Source of the DNA: Octopus vulgaris
Lineage: Eukaryota
DNA: 64,000 nt
NCBI GenBank assembly: GCA_951406725.2
Contig: OX597823.1
Location: 47,182,001 to 47,246,000 of the forward strand
Direction of reading: 5' to 3'
The translations under genes were made by a program, and so were the position numbers. The notes beneath the pieces were generated by a model, which did not search any database, was not told where the DNA came from, and saw only the letters and a list, made by a program, of their open reading frames with translations. Shown piece after piece: positions 54,300 to 64,000 of this stretch (within the stretch, counting starts at the first letter, position 1; each line of letters begins with the position of its first letter).

Positions 54300-54324
54300 A
54301 TATATTATTATTATTATATATTAT

Positions 54325-54625
54325 TTAGTCGAGCATATCGACCCCGGGACTTATTCTTTGTAAGCCTAGTACTTATTATATCGGTCTCTCTCACCGAACT
54401 GCTAAGTTACGGGGACGTAAACACACCAGCATCGGTTGTCCAGCGATGTTGGGAGGACAAACACAGACACACAAACATATACATATATGCGCACACACAT
54501 ATATATATCCACTCACAAGGCTTTGGTCGGCCCGAGACTATAGTAGAAGACACTTGCCCAAGGTGCCACGCAGTGGGACTGAACCCAGAACCATGTGGTT
54601 GGTAAGCAAGTCACTCCTGCGCCTA
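54325..54625 (-). mobile_element. SINE family A (internally deleted)
   Basis: Family A modules. Confidence 0.8.
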
Positions 54626-54723
54626 TTATATTTATATTATATATGTATATATATAAACACACATATATGTATAAACACACACACACACACATATATATAT
54701 GTGTGTATGTGTGTGCGCGTATG

Positions 54724-54760
<37 letters not shown>

Positions 54761-54764
54761 GGTA

Positions 54765-55074
54765 AAGACCCCTTCGGTCATGAATGACCATGGGATCGCA
54801 CCTAGAAAGTTACTCTCCTAGACACAAGTCCGGGCAAGGTTGTTTTATGGAAGACCAGCAGTCGCCCATGCATACCAGCCTCCCCTCTCCACTCCACCAG
54901 TGTTATCCAAGGGAAAGACAAAGGTCGATACACTTTGGCACCTGTGACGTCGCAACTCATTTCTACAGCTGAGTGAACTGGAGCAACGTGAAAATAAAGT
55001 GCCTTGCTCAAGAACACAACACGCAGCCCGGTCCGGGATTCGAGCTCACAACCTCACGATCGTAAGCTCGACGC

Positions 55075-55080
<6 letters not shown>
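54765..55080 (-). mobile_element. SINE family C, same type as 24972-25310
   Basis: Shared tail and CORE-like block. Confidence 0.8.
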
Positions 55081-55135
<55 letters not shown>

Positions 55136-55232
55136 TCGATGTAGGTGTGGCTGTGTGATAAGAAGTTTGTTACCGAGCCATATGGTTTTATATATGTACG
55201 CGTGCGTGTATGTATGTTCATGAATGAGTGTC

Positions 55233-55282
<50 letters not shown>

Positions 55283-55763
55283 TGTGTGTGTGCGTGTGTG
55301 TATGTGTATTAGTGTTTACGTGATATATATTCTAAGAGTTTTAATCTCTTGTCCATTACATGAACAAAATCCTATAACTCATTACAAATGGTGGTTTCAT
55401 AATATCTGAAATATCACTGAGGCATTTCTGACGTTGTTGTTAGTACCTTTGCCGCCCTCGGGATTCTGTGAAAACATACATACAACAGCAGTAATATAAC
55501 TGTGGTGATGCATTTATCATTACCTGTTGCTGCATAGTGGTTAGTTAATTAAGAAGTCTTTCATTTTGTTTTGATACTTTAGCTCCTGAATCTTTATAAC
55601 ATCTGCTTGACTGTAAATGTACACAACGCACAGGTGTACGCAAGAATGAAACAAAGAACGTGTAGCAAGATGCATAGAGGCTACATGTATGTATGTATGT
55701 ATGTATGTATGTATGTATGTATGTATGTATGTGTGTGTGTAGTGTCCACATGTACATATAGGT

Positions 55764-55836
<73 letters not shown>

Positions 55837-56540
55837 GGTGTATATATATATACATACATATAGAGAGAGATAGATAGATAGATACATACATACATACATA
55901 GGTAGGTAGGGAGATAGATAGATAGATAGATAGATACATACATACATACATACATTCATACATACATACAACATACATACATACATACATACATACATTC
56001 ATACATACATACATACATTCATACATACATACATACACACATACATACATACATACATACATACATTCATACATACATACAACATACATACATGCATACA
56101 TACATACATTCATACATACATAGATACATACATTCATACATACATACATACACACATACATACATACATTCATACATACATACATACACACATACATACA
56201 TACATACATACATTCATACATACATACAACATACATACATACATACATACATACATTCATACATACATACATACATACACACATACATACATACATACAA
56301 CATACATACATACATACATACATACATACATACATACATACATACATACATACATACATTCATACGTGTTTGTGTGTGTGTGTATGTACGTGTTTGTATG
56401 CGGGTGCATGGAGGCACACGCATACAATAATGCAATCATTCTAATTCATTTCAGTAATAGTATTTCCTTGTTTCATCAAAACATCTTTTCGTTTGTACTA
56501 AGTATGTCTGTGCGTGCTTGTGGGCGGATATCTTCGTGTT

Positions 56541-56578
<38 letters not shown>

Positions 56579-56670
56579 CATACGTTTATGTGTGGGAGTC
56601 TCTCTGTGTGTTTGGCTACAGATATGCGTTTACACACACACACATACACACACACACATACACACAAACA

Positions 56671-57125
56671 TCCTTGTGAGAAGATTTTAGACGGAAACCG
56701 AAAGAAGCCTGTTGAATACGTTGTGCGTGCGAGATTTTGTGTCTGAGTTTGTGCGTGGCTGTGTGGTAACAAGTTTGTTTCCCAATAACATGGTCCTAGG
56801 TTCAGTCCCACTACGTCGCACCTTCAAGTGTCTTCTACTGTAGCTCCCGGCCGATCAAATCCTTGTAAAAGGATTTTAGACGAAAACTGAAAGAAGCCTG
56901 TTGTATACGTTTTGCGTGCGAGATTTTGTGTCTGAGTTTGTGCGTGGCTGTGTGGTAACAAGTTTGTTTCCCAATAACATGGTCCCAGGTTCAGTCCCAC
57001 TACGTCGCACCTTCAAGTGTCTTCTACTGTAGCTCCCGGCCGATCAAATCCTTGTGAAAGGATTTTAGACGGAAACTGAAAGAAGCCTGTTGTATACGAT
57101 TTTGCGTGCGAGATTTTGTGTCTGT
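56671..57125 (+). repeat. 189-bp tandem repeat (~2.4 units) derived from a family A SINE head
   Basis: The unit start tccttgt occurs at 56671, 56860 and 57049. Units are nearly identical. Confidence 0.9.
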
Positions 57126-57391
57126 GTTTGTCCTTAATCAACGCTTGATAATCGGCGTTGGTTTGTTTACGTCCTCGTAAATTTGCGTTTCAGCAAAAGA
57201 GACCGAGAGAATAAGTACCAGGCTTTAAGTTATTTTATAAAATAACCATTAGAATGCCAATTTGTTTGACGAAAACCCTTCATGAAGGTGCTCCGGCATG
57301 TTTGCATTCCAAAGATTGAAAGAAATGAAATATTAAAGATATATAAGTATACATCCCTGTGCGTGTGTCTGTTTGCGCGCGCGTGTGTGTG

Positions 57392-57426
<35 letters not shown>

Positions 57427-57725
57427 GTCTTCGTTCTTTCTCCTCCAGCCCGCCTGACAATCAGTTTTGGTTTGTTTGCGTCTCTGTAACTTAGCGGTTT
57501 GACAAACATGCGTACAAACACACATACAACATGTCTAGATATGCAGCTATATGCACGAAAATACATGCATAAAACAAAACACACAAATCTGCACGTATAC
57601 ATACATACATGCATACATACATACATACATACATACATACATACATACATGCATACATGCATACATACATACATGCATGCATACATACATACATACATTA
57701 CATACATACATACATACATACATAC

Positions 57726-57757
<32 letters not shown>

Positions 57758-57916
57758 CATACATACATACATACATAAGTCATCTTCAGATATTTGTTTA
57801 TAACGAGACTTCTAAGCTTTTGAATTTTGGTAAATTATTTCTATTTCGTTCCTCGTTGCTCTAAACACCACGAGCACGTGTTTCTATAACTAGACACGCA
57901 CACACACAGATTTACA

Positions 57917-58105
<189 letters not shown>

Positions 58106-58311
58106 TATCCACACCTGGGTTGTACATTTATTTAATGTTCCTCTTACAGGTAAGATGAAATTTTCCATTTTCACCGTCCGCGAAACATTTTGCCAGTATA
58201 TATATATATATATTTATTTATATATTTATATATATACATATAGTGAAGCTTTATTATAACGTCGTATATTATCGACTGCTATTTCCAGTAAATATTGCTG
58301 CATTTTTGTAC

Positions 58312-58401
<90 letters not shown>

Positions 58402-58993
58402 AATGTATATATATATATTATATATATATGTATGTTATATGTAATATAACTCCGGCTTCTCTTCAGTTATCGAGTTATCGAGGCAATTAATATATATATA
58501 TATATATATATCACTTTTAATTTTATCGCTTTAGATTTTTAGAATTCAGAGTTAGCACTCCACGTTACGACATTTCGTAAACGAATACGTCTACGTAAAC
58601 ACTGCGATGGAATACAGAAAAAATATTTAGTGGGTGTACATGCATATTTCAAGAGTCATTGCTCTTTCATCAGTATCACATCCAAATCATCAGTTGATGG
58701 ATTGGAGGTGTTACTGATGAAGACCTTTGGCGAGAAATTCAGTAATATTCAGTAAATATACAAAATTTCAGTAAATATACAAACAGCACAAACACAAATA
58801 TATCCAAATTCCGTTCTTGAAAATATGACTGTGAATGTGTACAAACGTCGAATATGGATTCAGGAACTGTAATGTTCCAAACCAACAGTTAAAAGGTAAC
58901 ATGAAAATATGAAAAATCTAAAATAAAAAGATAAAAGTTGAATATACTTTATGAAACATGCATGAAAAAAAAAGCTGTTCCACGTATATACGA

Positions 58994-59090
<97 letters not shown>

Positions 59091-59882
59091 TGTGTGTATG
59101 TGTGCATGTGCATTGATATGAAAATAATGGTAGTCCCTTTAGTCCGAGAAAGACGGTTCTGCAATGTCTTGCCAAGCAACCAGTACAGATGAGTTGTTTA
59201 TAATGATCAAACTTTCGAGCTCCACATAAACGCACTCTCTCCATCAGATCTACATAAACTGCGCAAGTGCATGATGTGACACGCGACAGAAATTGAAATG
59301 GTTGCAGTGAAACGTTAAAGTTTTTACTCAAAAACAAATTTCACAACCCGCTTCGGGAACGGAGCTCACGATCTCGCGATGGAGAGTGCAACACTGCAGC
59401 TAGTAGGCCGTGTGCCTTCATATATTTATTGATATAAATACGGAGGTCTGTTCACTCAGTGTTTTTCTTATGATACCTTTAAATTCAATAATGTTCTAAT
59501 GTCTATATGCTTCAAAAAGAATTGCATTGCGAATATGCGTCTTTAAACTTATGTCTAATCTTCTTTCTTGCGTTCTAATTGTATATTTATACGAGACGTT
59601 ATCTTCTGTTTAACTGGTTTGCTGTCATATCTCGTTAATTTCGTTCATCCTCACTAACATTAGTTGTGACAGTAGGTGCAGATAAGAGCTTTTTCCATAA
59701 GATGTTTCTTTGAGAAAAAACAAATGAGTCTTAAAGCTCGTTAAGAAAATACTAAACAAAAGCCCACATAAATGAAAATATCTTCTTCCATATAATTGCA
59801 GACTGCCAGTGGTATCGTGAAATACCTAAAAGTCATGGTATATGAACGATACATTCTTCGATTCAAAGTTTTGTAATTCACG

Positions 59883-60044
<162 letters not shown>

Positions 60045-60070
60045 GATAGCTGCATACATAGATACATAAA

Positions 60071-61365
60071 CAGGGTGCGATGGGTAAATTGTCGCCAGTT
60101 TATATTTTTAATTTCGCGCATGCCCATTGTCTGTCTTTGATTTTGTCGACTACATAGTATAGCAGGGTCAGTTTAACACCGTCTGTGAGAAAAACAGCAC
60201 AATGACAAAATTCACCCTGCCAGAGATATGGAAACGACATGCTGCACTGGTTGGCATTCGCGCCGGAAGCTCCAATACGATCATTTCAGAGTGTTTGTGT
60301 GCCAATCTGAGGACAGTGCAGAGGATTCGGAAAGATCTGGATGAATCTAATCGTGATTAGGAAGATACACAAGCTCGGAAAACTCACTCTAATTGTTCTG
60401 ATAAGAAAAGAATTGAATTTGTTGGTGAAATCCATGTAGTGATTGACAACGATCCCTCCACATCAATCAGGTCCATCGCCAAGGACATGGGATAGTCTGA
60501 GTTTCTTATCAGGCAGGTAGTGCATGAAGACATTCGGTATTCCTCATACAAGATGAGAAAGGGCCAGTTTTTATCCCAAGCCATCAAGGACAAGAGGAAA
60601 GACTGCGCTACGAAGCTTTTGAGCAAACTCAAGCATTCCCTCCAACCGAACATGCACTAGTTTTTCTCAAACCAGATAAGTTTCTGCCAGGATCTGATGG
60701 TGTACACACAGAACAACCTTTAGCTTGCTTTGTCCCCAAGTGATAAAAAATCAAACATCCATTCAACATCATTGTGTTTGGAGGGATCACTAGAGGTGGC
60801 AACGTTATGCCGCCTTTCATCTTACCACACGGCCTCAGATTCAACACGGTGGCCTACATCGAGTGCCTGGAGGAGGTAGTGCTGCCCTGGGTCAAGGGCG
60901 TGGCTGCTGGAATACCCAATGCCTGGCAAAATGTATGTGCACCATGCCAAACAAGCAGGAGAACCCAGTCATGTCTGTCAGACAAATTCAGTGACCAATT
61001 CAGCCACCTGACATCTGGCCACCTAACTCCCCAGACTGTAACCCAACCCCCTTGATTGTTATGAGTGGTGCGCTGTTGAGCGGGAGACCAACAAATCTCC
61101 TTGTAACACCAAAGATGAACTGAAGCCAAGGGTTATGGCAACATTCAGCAACTTAAACAAAGAGACGTTCCAGAAGAGTTGCTTGAGATTCCGAAGTCGT
61201 CTGGATGCCGTGGTTGAAGCCAATGGCGATTCTATTGAATAAGCTTAGTCTTTAACATCTCAAAATATTTTTATGTAATTTTGGTAAGTATATCTGATAA
61301 AATGAGATGTCAGTGTTATTTTCATTTTTGTGTAAGTTAGACGATAATATATTCACCGCACCGTG
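60071..61365 (+). mobile_element. Degenerate Tc1/mariner-superfamily transposon (probably maT/DD37D-like)
   Basis: Diverged ~26-bp TIRs (cagggtgcgatgggtaaattgtcgcc versus cacggtgcggtgaatatattatcgtc). Broken transposase from ATG 60202 with an HTH region, WQNVCAPC (WQQD-AP-H) and WPPNSPDCNP…LD motifs. Confidence 0.85.
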
Positions 61366-61558
61366 TATATACATATACATATACATACATACATGCATAC
61401 ATACATACATACATACATACATACATACATACATACATACATACGTACGTACGTACGTACGTACATACAAACATATATACATACATACATACATACGTAC
61501 ATACAAACATATATACATACATACATACATACATACATACATACATACGTACATACAA

Positions 61559-61591
<33 letters not shown>

Positions 61592-61731
61592 TATATATAT
61601 ATGTATATATACACATATACATGTGTGTGTGTGAGTGTGTATGAATATATGTATATCTCTGTAAATGAATCTATCGATCTATCTATCTCTATCTCTATTT
61701 CTCTGTATGTATGTGTGTGTGTGCGTGTGTG

Positions 61732-61765
<34 letters not shown>

Positions 61766-62582
61766 TGTATGTATGTATGTTTATATATCTACGCACAGAC
61801 TCGTATATACACATATCGCGATCTCTCAAACATCTATCTATATATACATATGCACGTGCTCATGTGTGTACGTGGCTACGTGCGAACGTGTGCGTACAAC
61901 AAAGAAAACTAAAGAGAGAGGGAGAGAGAGAAAGAGAGAGAGAGGGGGAGAGAGAGAAAGAGAGAGGTGGAAAGGGAAAGAAAGAGAGAGTATTCATAGG
62001 TTGATATATGTATATGTATAGGAATTTAGCAGATTACGGCAAAACCAGGTTGAAGCACAATAAACCGATTAACAGAGATTAGGAAAGTCGACACGAATTT
62101 AATGAGATCTATATGTGTGCTGTAGAGCAAATGAGTGCCTTCATTGTACGTAACCTACATTCATGAGTACCATGCTATTGTTACTTGGCCCCAGCTCAGC
62201 CGTTAACCTTGATCAAATGGTAGTATGTTCCCAAGTACTTCTAGTCACGGCCATCACAAACACATCATATACAATATATACATAGACACAGACAGACACT
62301 CACATATCACAAAACAAATGCACTCGATCTTCGTCAGTGACCAGGTTGCAGTTAGTGCGCCGAAAATTTTGACACAGTCTCTTAAATGTTTAATTGAAGC
62401 TAACAGTGTTTGTGTTTTTGAATGGCTCAAATGTGTCTTCTACTCTCTAACTATTTTCGTTTTAACACAGTCTCAGATCAAATCATTTGTCTGGCAAATA
62501 CATCTTGAAAATATGACATGATATAACATAATATAACATAATACAATATAATATAAAATATTTTATGATTTAATATATATTA

Positions 62583-62746
62583 TAGGCGCAGGCGTGACTA
62601 TGTGGTGCGAAGTTTCCTTTCCAACCACATGGTACCAGGTTCAGTTTCACTGCTAGGCACCTTGGGCAAGTGTCTTCAACTGTAGCCTCGGGCTGGCCAA
62701 AGCCTTGTGAGTGGATTTGGCAGATCGAAACTGAAAAAAGCCCGTC

Positions 62747-62810
<64 letters not shown>

Positions 62811-63040
62811 CTGTCTGTCTGTGTATCTTTGTGTCTGTGTTTGTGCCTCACTACCGCTTCACAGCAGATATTGGTGCGTTTACCTGCCTGTAGCTCAGCG
62901 GTTCGGTAATAGATACACATAGAATATGTAACAGGTTTTACAGAAGATAACTAGTACTGAGGTCGGATTCGTTTGACTAAATTTCTTCAAGGCTGTGCTC
63001 CAGCATGGCCACAGTCTCATGACTGAAACAAATAAAAGAC
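62583..63040 (+). mobile_element. SINE family A
   Basis: Head, CORE-like block, long internal (TA)n and tail. Confidence 0.85.
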
Positions 63041-63304
63041 AAATGGTAATATGATATTAGTAAAAAGACATTAGCAATTTTGAAAGATTCTAGTTCAAGA
63101 AACAAAAGTAAAGTCATTCGATGCATTTTCACTTGCGCTACAGTTACATTCTTTTCAAAATTCAGCGGCACAGCTGAAGTAAAACTATAACTAAAAGTAT
63201 AGGAAGAAAAAATTATATTCAGATTGCACTACTTCAAGCCTAGCATCGTCTCGTAGCACACCAGTGTGCTGTAGCATACCGGTTGCGAGGCACTGATCTA
63301 AATA

Positions 63305-63868
63305 TTGGGTTGTCCGGAAAGTTCATGCCGATTTAGTAGCTTAACTTTCGACTTATTATAGAACATGGTTGAGTCCATAAGATAGGATTTGACTACACCG
63401 CCATTTAGGGAACAGTTCAAGCTATCTTTTCGTGGAAGAAGGTTTATGTTCCTATAACCTGGATTAGTTCTGTAACCCTTTAAAATGGAAGATAAGAAAG
63501 TTCATTTTCGGCACTTGATGCTTTGGGAACCAGATAAAAATTGCTGCAGCTCGGCTGGGATGTGTTTCCCCACCCTCCATATCCACCAGATATTGCTCTT
63601 TCGGATTTCCACTTATTCAGGTCTCTGCAGAATAGTCTTAATGGTAAAACTTTCAATTCCTTGGATGACGTAAAACGATACTTTGATGAATTCTTTGCCA
63701 TGAAAACACCTCATTTCTGAGAAGAGGGCATTTTCAAGTTAACGGAAAGATGGAGACACATTGTGCAACAAAATGGTTCATATTTGGTTGATTAAAAATG
63801 TAATGGCAAGTATTTATTGACCTTTTGCTTTCCTTTAAAAATCGGTACGAACTTTCCGGACGACCCAA
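63305..63868 (+). mobile_element. Internally deleted mariner element
   Basis: 30-bp TIRs ttgggttgtccggaaagttcatgccgattt (3 mismatches). TA at 63303-63304 and 63869-63870. MEDKKVHFRHLMLWE is joined to …HPPYPPDIALSDFHLFRSLQNSL…. Confidence 0.92.
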
Positions 63869-64000
63869 TACTTAAGCTATTTTGTAGACATGGCCCGTGC
63901 ATAATATATCATGAAGTTCAAAGCAGCAGGAAGTGTCCACACAAGAAAGACAGCTTCATGAAGTGTGTCTATTTACTTTGAGGTGCCTCTGTGTGTGTGT

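Overview
AT-rich animal genomic DNA, intergenic or intronic, with no recognisable host exon. The microsatellite load is extreme ((TA)n, (TACA)n, (CA)n, (TAGA)n, (TAA)n, GA tracts) and there are several tRNA-derived modular SINE families. Together these point to a coleoid cephalopod, most likely Octopus (inference). Nearly all ORFs in the track are microsatellite translations. The real coding remnants are transposable elements: a near-intact 2.85 kb hAT (Buster/Charlie/SPIN-like) element with perfect 16-bp TIRs and an 8-bp TSD, R4/Dong-type LINE fragments, an RTE fragment, a Penelope-like GIY-YIG element, and several Tc1/mariner elements and MITEs. The most notable unannotated signal is a dispersed set of about 10 Type I hammerhead-ribozyme motifs (CUGANGA / stem II / GAAA / short or palindromic stem III / NUH). 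Most lie in short modules embedded in or next to microsatellites, and some lie in fold-back palindromes with cores on both strands. One degenerate motif sits at the 3' end of the Penelope-like element and links the set to Penelope pLTRs or retrozyme-like RNAs. All structures were read by eye and none were computed.
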